Of a stretch of DNA of 46,856 bases, positions 13,736-22,748 are shown in pieces. The stretch spans positions 1 to 46,856 of the IMG/VR virus record IMGVR_UViG_3300016665_000380; one strand, written 5' to 3'. The notes beneath the pieces are model-generated. The model saw nothing but the letters and a program-made list of their open reading frames with translations. It ran no database searches and was not told the origin of the DNA. This DNA is from a virus. Numbering within the stretch: position 1 is the first letter of the stretch; each line of letters starts with the position of its first letter. A program made the translations under genes and the position numbers.

Positions 13736-14362
13736 TTACTTGAGCTTGCGGTAGATGGCGAAAACGCTCTCGTTCAGGTCAAACCGCGAAATGAATTCGC
13801 AACGCTTCAAGACGAACTTGATAGCAGTCTGAGTCGATTCCCAGTTCACATCGTCCATCACGATGTATCCGCCAACCTTCAGCTTCGGAAGCCAATTGAC
13901 GACATCGCTCGTAGACGGCCACTCGGCATGATTCGCGTCGATATGAACCATGTCCATGTCAGGCAGGAATCGCGAAGCGTCCCAAGAAGACATGCGGCAG
14001 AACTGGATCTGCCTCACAACCTGCGCACGGACACAATGCCCAACGAACGATTCGTAATGCTTGTCGAGGTCAAGAGTGGACCACCATTCTTGATTCGCGG
14101 AAGTTTCATCGTCGATGCAGTCTTCCTTTTTCCACGAATCAATGGCGTAGACAGTGCCGCTGCCATTCAGCTTGCAAGCCTGGGCAAGAGCGAGCGTTGA
14201 TTTTCCTTCGAACACGCCAACTTCAGCGATTCGCTGAGGTTTGGTTTCAAGAACAAGTTTGGCGATTTCAATGCCCTTCTTCGGGTCGCACCAGCCACCC
14301 ATCTTCGGGAAGTTTTCAGCGACAAACTGTTCGATGTTTTGAACGTGTTCTTGGTTGATCAT
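13736..14362 (-). CDS. Class I SAM-dependent (O-)methyltransferase
   Basis: EVGVFEGKSTLALA (motif I), TVYAIDSW, MVHIDANH and GGYIVMDD. It starts 2 nt after the portal stop. Confidence 0.75.
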   Translation of the reverse strand: MINQEHVQNIEQFVAENFPKMGGWCDPKKGIEIAKLVLETKPQRIAEVGVFEGKSTLALAQACKLNGSGTVYAIDSWKKEDCIDDETSANQEWWSTLDLDKHYESFVGHCVRAQVVRQIQFCRMSSWDASRFLPDMDMVHIDANHAEWPSTSDVVNWLPKLKVGGYIVMDDVNWESTQTAIKFVLKRCEFISRFDLNESVFAIYRKLK

Positions 14363-14364
14363 GC

Positions 14365-16614
14365 TTATCCTTGTCGTCCCAGATTCGCTTCAGCAGTTGC
14401 ATTCGCTCGCTGAATATCAGCGGTGGTCTTCGCATTCCGGCGAGCCAAGTCGGCCATCGCCTTCGTGTTCTGACGCTGGATATTGGCCATCGTTTCGGCG
14501 TTCTGGCGAGCGATTTTCGCCTGAACTTCAGCGTTGAGAACCGCCGTCTTAGGATCGACACCCTGCTGAATCGCCTGAGCCTGCTGCATCTGCATCTGCG
14601 CCTGCTGCTGCTCGGCCAGAAACTCGGAGAGCTGCTGCACGGTCTGCACAAGCATCTGAAGCTGCTGCGAGTAAGCCTCGACCTGAGGACGGCGCGTAGG
14701 ATCGGTGGACAAGCGTTGCAGATGATCTTGAACGTGCTGACCGATACCTTGCAGGAAGAGCATAATCTCCTGCGGGTTTCCGCCTTGCTGGATCGACGCA
14801 GCCGCTTCGTTCGCCGCCGCAAGATGCGTGTCGATGTGAACGATGTGGTTCTGCGTGTCGGTGACGAGAGCCATGTTCCCTTGGCGCAGCGACGAATGCT
14901 CAAGCACCGCAAGAGCAGCCTGATCCTGAACCTTCGAGGATTGAACCTGAGTCGGAAGATACCGATCCACCATTTGCTGGCCAACCTGGGCCGCAATGTA
15001 ATCGCGCAAGAGGCTGACCTTTCCGCCCTCAGGAAGAGAGCCTAGCAAACCAAGCAGAGAGCCGAGGAGCTGCTGCTTGGCGAACTGAGAACCTTGGCCA
15101 ACCGTGCGAGTCGCTTCCACGAAGTCGATGTCAAGCATGGCTTGAACTGGAACGCCCCGTTCGGCGCAACGACGCTGGAACTCAATCGCGTCCTTGTCCG
15201 ATTTCGTGATGGGATTCAGGTTCGGATTCGCAGCGCGCCGGAATCGCTCCTCGAAGAAAGAATCAAGCTGGGTGTAATACCGGCTCAACTGAGTCTTACC
15301 GATAGCAGACTGCTGCGATACAATTGCTTGGATTTCAGTGGCAGTGCGGGGATTGCCGCTCGGCTTGTTGAGCGATTGGCGATACTGAGAGAGATTGCCC
15401 TGAAGAACATTCTCAAGGTCCGCATTGACCGCCATAGGAGCGTCCAGAACGCCAGCAATGTTCTGCTGGATAACCTCGTAGTCAGGCGGGAGTATCGCAT
15501 AGGGGCCTTGCTGAACGACGCTCGTCTTGGTCAGAGCGTTGGGATTAAGGGGACGGAAAAGAATCTGCGTGCGAGCAAACGCGCTGTCCACCATCGAGCA
15601 GCGGAGGCGGTTCTTCAGCTCCATCGCCTGAAGCATCTTGATGCCAAGACCCTTCACGCCGTGATGCTCGCCGTCGCCACGGTCGTAATACATCGGGTGG
15701 ATGACCTGCTCCCACTTTTTGAAACGACGGAGCTTGCGGTACATGAAGTCGCCGCTGTCACGCTCATCGATGATGGCATGGCTGATCTGCCCATCGAACT
15801 CCTTGTAGAAGACATGGCACATCAGGACGACCTCTGACCGCGCGCTGAACGTGATGTCGTTCGAGCGAAGCTGACGCTGGAAGAATTCCCAATCGTACTG
15901 AACGCCGGAGCGATACGGCTCCGGCATCGCAGCGCGGATTCGCTCGCGAACGTAATCGACATTCCAACCGGCAGCTTTTGCCGCCTCTTCGTCTTGGATC
16001 TTCTCGAACAGATCATCGACGCCCATGCGGGTACGGACACAAGCAACCTTCCAGTCGCTCACGTTGGACTTGGTGCCGTCGGGGACGAGAAGGTCCGTCG
16101 CCATGATGGCCTTGCACCGCCAGTTGGTGTTGTCCTCGAAGATCAGAGGGCCATGACCGATGAGGACCATCTCACGCTGCGAAAGCTGCATGAGATAGTC
16201 GAAGTCCTTGTCCATCTTCTGAAGACGGTCGAATTCCTCGGTGATGATCTTGGACCATTCATCACGCTTATCCATGTCGTTGCCATACGCCGTGCGAATC
16301 GTCGCGTAGGTGGGAACCTCAGCGAACACATCGTAGAAGGCAGACATGGCCAACGTCAGGAACGCTTCCGACTCGCGGAAATTGACGTTGGTGCGAAACG
16401 CCTGATTGTTTCGGCGAAGATCAGCAGGATTGTACGGAGGATTGCCGTCAACCAGACCACGCAGCTTCGCCCGGGTGTTGTTGCGAAGATCATCTGCGCT
16501 GATTAACTTCTGGAAAATCTCGCGCGCTGATGCGGCGTCAGCGATGCGCGTCTCTGGCGCGGTGCCATTCTCGTTGAGAGTTTCGAGCGGCAGTTGAGCT
16601 ATTGATCCGTACAT
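14365..16614 (-). CDS. Portal protein
   Basis: 749 aa. It lies one small gene downstream of terL in the same operon. The C-terminus is Gln/Ala-rich and helical, ending in four 11-residue repeats, which is barrel-like. Assigned by size, position and composition, not by search. Confidence 0.7.
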   Translation of the reverse strand: MYGSIAQLPLETLNENGTAPETRIADAASAREIFQKLISADDLRNNTRAKLRGLVDGNPPYNPADLRRNNQAFRTNVNFRESEAFLTLAMSAFYDVFAEVPTYATIRTAYGNDMDKRDEWSKIITEEFDRLQKMDKDFDYLMQLSQREMVLIGHGPLIFEDNTNWRCKAIMATDLLVPDGTKSNVSDWKVACVRTRMGVDDLFEKIQDEEAAKAAGWNVDYVRERIRAAMPEPYRSGVQYDWEFFQRQLRSNDITFSARSEVVLMCHVFYKEFDGQISHAIIDERDSGDFMYRKLRRFKKWEQVIHPMYYDRGDGEHHGVKGLGIKMLQAMELKNRLRCSMVDSAFARTQILFRPLNPNALTKTSVVQQGPYAILPPDYEVIQQNIAGVLDAPMAVNADLENVLQGNLSQYRQSLNKPSGNPRTATEIQAIVSQQSAIGKTQLSRYYTQLDSFFEERFRRAANPNLNPITKSDKDAIEFQRRCAERGVPVQAMLDIDFVEATRTVGQGSQFAKQQLLGSLLGLLGSLPEGGKVSLLRDYIAAQVGQQMVDRYLPTQVQSSKVQDQAALAVLEHSSLRQGNMALVTDTQNHIVHIDTHLAAANEAAASIQQGGNPQEIMLFLQGIGQHVQDHLQRLSTDPTRRPQVEAYSQQLQMLVQTVQQLSEFLAEQQQAQMQMQQAQAIQQGVDPKTAVLNAEVQAKIARQNAETMANIQRQNTKAMADLARRNAKTTADIQRANATAEANLGRQG

Positions 16615-17222
16615 GGTCGTTTTTTCCAGCAGTGAGCCGGCAGGTTTTCGTTCTCTGTAGCGTCAGTAAATTTATGGAGTGTTTCAATGGGAAACCACAC
16701 CATGCTTCTGATAAAGCAACCGCAAAATTCGCAGCTTTGAACCTGCTCATCGTACGGCGTGCTTCCGTGTTGGGAAAATGTTTTAACAGCTTCTTTTAGC
16801 ACGCGAGAGTTACAGCCAGTGCATCCGAGTGGCTTGCGGTTGAACCTGCATCCAGAGCAAATGCTGGCGCGTCGGTTTGCCTCTTCTTGACTGACTTTTC
16901 CCCCTCCAACTGTAAGGCCGTGTAACAGGCTCATGCTGAATCTGATGACATCGCCAATTTGAAGCGACTTGCGTCCAGCAGGCTTCGAAAGCTCAACCTC
17001 GTTGTACATGCAATCAGCACCGTTTTTGCATGCATATTCAGTAATCAACGTGTCCAGATTTGTTGGAATCGGAATCGCGTTCGCCGTGTAATGATTGCGA
17101 ACAAACTCGTGAAGCTGCGGCCATGAGCCTGCCGTGATTTCGATTCCAGTCTCCGGCACTCGATAGTGCCATCCACCCGGAATCACCATGTGTTCATTGA
17201 GAATCTTGTAGCCACTGCTCAT
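16599..17222 (-). CDS. Cys-rich (putative zinc-binding) protein coupled between terminase and portal
   Basis: Track ORF 16599..17273. The ATG at 17222 (MSSGYKIL) forms an ATGA overlap with the terL stop, and the 3' end overlaps the portal start by 16 nt. Cys clusters: CSGCRFNRKPLGCTGC and CEFCGC. Confidence 0.65.
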   Translation of the reverse strand: MSSGYKILNEHMVIPGGWHYRVPETGIEITAGSWPQLHEFVRNHYTANAIPIPTNLDTLITEYACKNGADCMYNEVELSKPAGRKSLQIGDVIRFSMSLLHGLTVGGGKVSQEEANRRASICSGCRFNRKPLGCTGCNSRVLKEAVKTFSQHGSTPYDEQVQSCEFCGCFIRSMVWFPIETLHKFTDATENENLPAHCWKKRPCTDQ

Positions 17223-18898
17223 ACGTTGTCCTCGTAGTAGATTGAATCGGCATCTCGAACGAGCTTTTCCCAAATCTTATCGGTTTTTGTTGCTCTCGGC
17301 TCTAAGACGGTTGTCTTGCGAACCAGATCGAGAAGAACAACCGCAGCGTCGGCCAAGTCAGGCGATTTTCCGGTTCGTTGCTTCATCACGGTCTTCGACT
17401 CGACCGATATCTTTCGTTTCGTGTCATCGAACAGGCGCGCGCAAAATTCTTGCAGAGTCTCGATGTCGAGTCCTCCGACACGCTCCTCGACAACCCATTT
17501 CCGCATCGAGAACCACAGCTCCGTCACCTTACGGTCGTAAGCCTCGTTGCATGGCCGACTATCTTCATCGCTGACCGGGATTGTTGAAGGTGCGCCGCCG
17601 AACTCGACGCGATGAACAATACCCCATTCTCGGGTCAGAATATCCGCAAGACCGCCACCTTCGCCGCTTGAATCGAGAGCAAACTTATCCGGCGCAACGC
17701 CACGTTTCGCGCACTCCTCTTTGACGCGATTGGCAATTTGATAGTGAACCGGCTCTGTCAACTGCGCGTTTGGCGAGATGTGGATGACGTCTCCAAATGC
17801 GATGCTCAGTTTGTCGTTGGCCGTTCCAACCTTGGCAAAGCGCAGAATACACCTGTCTCCACCAAATCCCGGATCAAGCGCGGCCACATTCTCAATATTC
17901 GTAGTAAACACCAACTTTCTTGTAGGTGTGTGCGTCTCGATCAGTGATTCCGACAGCACCGTCTTAACCATGCCATCGGGACTCCAGAAGCCGCGCGTGT
18001 ACTTCCAGAACGTAGGACTCTGCTCGCCCTCATGGCGCATCGCAGACAGCACCTGATCATGGGTTATCAGATACGGGTACTTGGTTCTGCCCTCGGTGAT
18101 GTTGGGTGACTTCATGCCGTCGAAACGGCGGCAAATGCCACGCTCAGTCAGCCAATGCTGGTCTTCAATCGTCACGCTGCGCCAACCCTTTGCTGGGGTG
18201 CAGAATCGACCGTGCGGATCGTACTTCGAAGCGGGGTTTCCAATGACGAGCATCTTAAACTCGCGACAACCCTTAGAAAGGTTGGTACACGCCTCGAATG
18301 CCGCTTCAGGCGTGTCCGTCGCTTCGTCGATGATGACCATGACACGTTCAGCGTGGATACCCTGAATGTTGGCCACCGCCTTCGAGGTGTTACCCTCAGC
18401 GACAGCGATGGCAGAAATTGAATGCCGGTCGTCGCCTTTGACAGCTTGGAGAGCCATCTTCGAATCGACCATGTTGCCGGGGAATCCGCGCGTTTTCCGA
18501 ACAAGATCCTGAAGATTGGCCCACATACGCTTTCGAATCATCTTCGCAGTCGTCGAAGTCAGAACGACTGTGGACTTCATTGGATTTGCCAACCACCAGA
18601 CCGTTGCGAAAAGCGTTGCGCCAAAGGTCTTTCCGCTCGCGCCGCATCCAGCCCAACCAACGTAATCATGTTCGCACAGGTCCTCGATCTGAGCTTCAAG
18701 CCAAGGATTCCAACTCATCTTCGGCCACAAGATTTTTGTAGCGTTTCGAAAATGCTCAGAAGTACCTAATCCGCCCTCATTCGGTTGGAGTCGATTTCGA
18801 AACGCATAAAGCTCCAGTTCAAGGTCTGGAATTTTGATGGGAGAACGAATCCCGTACTTGTGGTCGATTAGTGGATGCTCGGACACTTTTTCTGCCAT
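17219..18898 (-). CDS. terL: Terminase large subunit
   Basis: Walker A (GWAGCGASGKTF) and Walker B (VMVIIDEATD), followed by a nuclease-sized C-terminal half. 559 aa. It is the first gene of the head operon. Confidence 0.9.
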   Translation of the reverse strand: MAEKVSEHPLIDHKYGIRSPIKIPDLELELYAFRNRLQPNEGGLGTSEHFRNATKILWPKMSWNPWLEAQIEDLCEHDYVGWAGCGASGKTFGATLFATVWWLANPMKSTVVLTSTTAKMIRKRMWANLQDLVRKTRGFPGNMVDSKMALQAVKGDDRHSISAIAVAEGNTSKAVANIQGIHAERVMVIIDEATDTPEAAFEACTNLSKGCREFKMLVIGNPASKYDPHGRFCTPAKGWRSVTIEDQHWLTERGICRRFDGMKSPNITEGRTKYPYLITHDQVLSAMRHEGEQSPTFWKYTRGFWSPDGMVKTVLSESLIETHTPTRKLVFTTNIENVAALDPGFGGDRCILRFAKVGTANDKLSIAFGDVIHISPNAQLTEPVHYQIANRVKEECAKRGVAPDKFALDSSGEGGGLADILTREWGIVHRVEFGGAPSTIPVSDEDSRPCNEAYDRKVTELWFSMRKWVVEERVGGLDIETLQEFCARLFDDTKRKISVESKTVMKQRTGKSPDLADAAVVLLDLVRKTTVLEPRATKTDKIWEKLVRDADSIYYEDNV

Positions 18899-18952
18899 AG
18901 TTTAACCTTGCAATAGTTCTCGCTGGACTTGAGCTTCTGCGAAAGGAAAAAT

Positions 18953-20167
18953 ATGCCGTCGCAACTTGCTTCTTCATCCGGCTGCTGCCAGCCTTGCGAC
19001 TCTGAGCCGACAGTCGTCAACATCCCCGGACCTCAAGGTGCGCCTGGAACCAATGGCACCAATGGAACGAACGGAATCAATTCGTTCACTTACACGACAG
19101 CCTCGTTTTTGGTTCCTGCGCTTGGCTCTAGCGTTTTGGTTTTTGTCGATAATACCGACTTTTTGCCGGAGTCTGTCGCAGGCCAATTCTTCGTTTCCAT
19201 TCAGGGCGTTGGATACATGCAGGTTCTGTCTGTCGATGGCTTGCAGTTGACGCTGCAAAATCCTGCTGCCGGTGTTCTTGGAATCGCCAACGCTGTTCCT
19301 ACTACTCTGATTCCACAGGGTTCTTTAATCACATTGGCTGGAGCGATTGGCCCCGCCGGGGCTGCTGGGGCTTCTGGAGGTGCGCCGGTTGGAGCGTCTT
19401 ACATCTGCCGTACCAATGATGGAACGCTGACGAATGAGACTGCGCTAGACACTCTCGCTGGTGGTTACATGAAGACCGCTGGCTCTGGCGGTGCTGGCGT
19501 TATTTCAACGGTGGCTACAATTCCCGTTGGTGACATCAGCGGAACGTTGCCAGTCACCAAGGGTGGAACCGGACTGACGACTGCTCCGGCGAACAAGATT
19601 CCGGTTGGAGATGGCACTGGATACCTTCAAAAGGAAATCGTTGGAACGCTTCCGGTTGTGGTGACGAACACCGCCGGAAACATCAACATTTCGGCACCAT
19701 CCATCGTTCCGTTTTCGTACGTTACGTTTACCCGTCGTGTTGCTGGTGCTGGAGCCGGGAATGTCCCGTTTATTGCATCTGCAACAACCACAAATCCATT
19801 CAACGCAACAACCTATCCGGTTCCTGTTTCGTACTCTGGAATAGACACTGCGTCAGGTTTTTCCGCCGCAACTGGAAAGTTTACTGTTCCTTACACTGGA
19901 TACTATCGCATTGACGCTTACTTCAACTTTTTGGGAAGCGCGCCGAGCGACACGTTGACATACATTTATGTGAGGAAAAACGGATCAAACATTCTTTCGA
20001 CTTATTCGTTCAAGGTTACAAACGCAGGCTATCATCCTATTTCTGTGGTTTACGTTGATCAGGCAACTTCAACGTCTGACTTTTACGAGATTTATGTCAG
20101 GGCTGAATCAAACGGTCTTTACGTTGAAAACGGCTCTTCGTTCTCGGTTCAACGCATTCAGGCTTAA
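18953..20167 (+). CDS. Collagen-triplet fibre protein with C1q/TNF-like C-terminal head (putative)
   Basis: The track ORF starts at a TTG (18929). The ATG at 18953 has AAGGA upstream. There are six G-X-Y triplets (GPQGAPGTNGTNGTNGIN, nt 19028-19081). The C-terminal string GKFTVPYTGYYRIDAYFNF...VRKNGSNIL...FYEIYVRAESNG resembles gC1q jelly-roll strings. Confidence 0.65.
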   Translation: MPSQLASSSGCCQPCDSEPTVVNIPGPQGAPGTNGTNGTNGINSFTYTTASFLVPALGSSVLVFVDNTDFLPESVAGQFFVSIQGVGYMQVLSVDGLQLTLQNPAAGVLGIANAVPTTLIPQGSLITLAGAIGPAGAAGASGGAPVGASYICRTNDGTLTNETALDTLAGGYMKTAGSGGAGVISTVATIPVGDISGTLPVTKGGTGLTTAPANKIPVGDGTGYLQKEIVGTLPVVVTNTAGNINISAPSIVPFSYVTFTRRVAGAGAGNVPFIASATTTNPFNATTYPVPVSYSGIDTASGFSAATGKFTVPYTGYYRIDAYFNFLGSAPSDTLTYIYVRKNGSNILSTYSFKVTNAGYHPISVVYVDQATSTSDFYEIYVRAESNGLYVENGSSFSVQRIQA

Positions 20168-20173
20168 TAGAGC

Positions 20174-22024
20174 ATGAGCGAACGCGCACCACGGAGGTAC
20201 ACGGACGGATCTGTCACCTTTGAAGGTGGCATTGACGCTGGCGTGATGCCGTCCGAGGTGGACAAGAATCAGGTGGCGTTTGCGGTCAATGCCAGCTTTC
20301 GAGAGGGGTTCATCTCTCCTCGGCCAGGGTTTGTTCAGAAAGACTACGACCTCTGCGTCACCATCACTGCTGACAACAATCAGATTAAAGCTGACCAGAC
20401 CAACGTCACTTCTGATGGATGGTCCGAGGATTGTTATGGCCCACAATCACTGACGGGCATCTTCCAATGCGCGTTGCCGTACATCGCCGATGATGGACGC
20501 ACTTTCATCCTGATGCTGATCAGTGGCAAAGTGTGGCTTTACAACTGCGCGGAAAACAAAGCGCAGAATTTGAGCGTCAGCCCAGACCTTGAAAACCCTT
20601 CCAACCTGCTCGATGGCTGGATGGTTCAGGCTGAAAACTTCGTCGTCATTCAAGACGGTTTCAGCAAGCCGCTGATCTTCAACGGCACGAATCTTCGCCG
20701 CGCCAAGGATGATGAAATCAAGTGCGGCAAGGTGATGTCCTACGTTAACGGACGCATCTGGTACGCTCTCCCCAATGGATTCTCATTCCGGGCCACTGAC
20801 ATCGTTTACGGCGACGGTACGCGAGCCAGCGTTCTCAAAGAAACCGAGAACACCTTCCTCAATGAAGGCGGCGACTTCGCGGTTCCTTCGGATTCAGGCG
20901 GCATCACGGCAATGGCCGTCCCAGGCAATCCAGACACGTCGCTGGGGCAAGGACCGCTTCTCGTCTTCACGCCCCGATATGTCTTCAGCGTCCAAGCTCC
21001 AGTAGATCGTGAAGCGTGGAAGAATCTGAATTATCCGATTCAGGCCATCAGCTTGCTGACCAGCGGCGCGCTTGGCGCACGGTCGGCAATCACGGTCAAT
21101 GGCGATGTATTCTACCGAGCTATCGACGGCATTCGCTCTTTCATCATTGCTCGTCGTTCTTTCAATGATTGGGGCAACACTCCTATCAGCGCGGAGATGA
21201 CTCCGGTCGTCGAAAACGATCAGACCAACCTTCTGTGGGCCAGCTCTGCCGTTGTATTCGACAATCGGGTGCTGATGACCTCGCAGCCTCGATACGATTC
21301 CAAGGGAGTCATTCACAAGGCGATTTCAGTTCTCGACCTAGAGCTTGTCACCTCAATGCGGAAGAAGTTTCCGCCGGCTTGGTCTGGCATCTGGACCGGA
21401 CTCAACATCTTGCAGCTTGTCAAAACCGAAAACGCTTACGGCGATGCATGTTTCGCCATCGCTCGCGGTGCTGATGGTGCTATCCAGATTTGGGAAATCA
21501 CCAAGTCTGATCGGTTCGATTACAACCTTGGCGATGGCAAGAAAGAGGTTCAGTGGCAGGTACAGACTCGCGCCTACAACTTCGAGGTGCCGTTCGGCCT
21601 GAAACGGCTGGATTCTGGCGACTTGTTTATCGACCAGCTTGAAGGCGATGTTTCATTCAATGTCGAGTATCGCCCCGATCAGTATCCCGGATGGCTTGAG
21701 TGGGCTGACTGGACCGAATGCGCTGTTGTTGATCAGTGCTTGACTGGTCCTTGCCCAATTAAAAATTTCCAACCTCAGTACAGGCCGAAGATGCGCTTGC
21801 CAACGCCTTCGGATATCCCGTGCAACTCAACGATCAGCACTCCCGCCCGAAACCTGTACGAGGTTCAGGTCATGCTTACAATTACGGGATATTGCCGTAT
21901 CAAGAGTCTTCGCGTTCACGCCTACGACGTTCAGGAACCGAATGTTGGCGAGTGCCGGGTTTTTCAGGGATGCAAAACCCTTGAGGCTTGCGACGCTAAC
22001 CCACTGAAATACTCATCGGAATAA
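20174..22024 (+). CDS. Virion (tail hub/propeller-like) structural protein
   Basis: A 616-aa ORF in the tail operon. The N-terminus (DGSVTFEGGIDAGVMPSEVDKNQVAFAVNASFREGFISPRPGF) resembles conserved podovirus structural proteins. It has a Cys-rich C-terminus. Exact role not established. Confidence 0.55.
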   Translation: MSERAPRRYTDGSVTFEGGIDAGVMPSEVDKNQVAFAVNASFREGFISPRPGFVQKDYDLCVTITADNNQIKADQTNVTSDGWSEDCYGPQSLTGIFQCALPYIADDGRTFILMLISGKVWLYNCAENKAQNLSVSPDLENPSNLLDGWMVQAENFVVIQDGFSKPLIFNGTNLRRAKDDEIKCGKVMSYVNGRIWYALPNGFSFRATDIVYGDGTRASVLKETENTFLNEGGDFAVPSDSGGITAMAVPGNPDTSLGQGPLLVFTPRYVFSVQAPVDREAWKNLNYPIQAISLLTSGALGARSAITVNGDVFYRAIDGIRSFIIARRSFNDWGNTPISAEMTPVVENDQTNLLWASSAVVFDNRVLMTSQPRYDSKGVIHKAISVLDLELVTSMRKKFPPAWSGIWTGLNILQLVKTENAYGDACFAIARGADGAIQIWEITKSDRFDYNLGDGKKEVQWQVQTRAYNFEVPFGLKRLDSGDLFIDQLEGDVSFNVEYRPDQYPGWLEWADWTECAVVDQCLTGPCPIKNFQPQYRPKMRLPTPSDIPCNSTISTPARNLYEVQVMLTITGYCRIKSLRVHAYDVQEPNVGECRVFQGCKTLEACDANPLKYSSE

Positions 22025-22025
22025 C

Positions 22026-22748
22026 ATGCCAAACCTGACTCTCATCACGCTGACTCCTCCGAGTCTGCCCATCAATTATTGCCCGACCAATTACCAGACG
22101 CTGGCCAACGATATCATCAGCGGCACGCAGGCGAATTTTAACAGCGCGATTGGAAACTCGTTCTTCAATTTCGGGCCGACTACCCCAACGCTGAACAATC
22201 AGGTTTACCCTTGGCTCGACGAAGATGGCAATTGGTGGGTCTTCAGCGGCGGCTATTGGAGCCGCAAGAATCCTGTTCCGATCAACAGCCCTGAGCGTCG
22301 AATCTTCGTTGGAACGACGAATGACCTGCTTTCGTATGATGGTGGCGATGGAACCTCAAATCCCGTCACCAACTACACGGGAGCGATGTGGGAGGTTGAT
22401 ACCGCGTTCCAAGCGCGGTTCCCGGTTGGCGTTGGCACCTTTGCCGCAAGCGGCGTTGTCAACGTCACAGGTACGGCGACATCTACTTCTGTTGTTGGTG
22501 AAGATCAGCACACGCTTGTTCTTGGTGAGGTGCCTTCGCACACGCATCAGATTGTCGATCAGTACCTCAACCTTGTTCAGCGTGGATCGGCTGACACAAG
22601 TGCGTTCAGCCCGACCAATCGCTCCGAGGGTACTTCCAACTTGTTGCCGACTACATCGTCTGGTGGCGGTGCCGCCCACAACAACTTGCCGCCGTTCTAC
22701 GGCGTTTACTTCATCAAGCGTACGGCGCGAGTCTACTACACCAAATGA
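22026..22748 (+). CDS. Tail fibre protein with phage tail-collar domain
   Basis: GEDQHTLVLGEVPSHTHQ ... GGGAAHNNLPPFYGVYFIKR is the tail-collar (MdpB-like) signature. Confidence 0.8.
   Translation: MPNLTLITLTPPSLPINYCPTNYQTLANDIISGTQANFNSAIGNSFFNFGPTTPTLNNQVYPWLDEDGNWWVFSGGYWSRKNPVPINSPERRIFVGTTNDLLSYDGGDGTSNPVTNYTGAMWEVDTAFQARFPVGVGTFAASGVVNVTGTATSTSVVGEDQHTLVLGEVPSHTHQIVDQYLNLVQRGSADTSAFSPTNRSEGTSNLLPTTSSGGGAAHNNLPPFYGVYFIKRTARVYYTK

Noticed and set aside
14316-15045. Alternative-frame ORFs (226 aa minus, 224 aa plus) over the portal C-terminus
   Set aside because: They are extremely Arg/Leu-rich translations caused by the periodic Gln/Ala-coding repeats of the portal gene. No independent start signals were seen.
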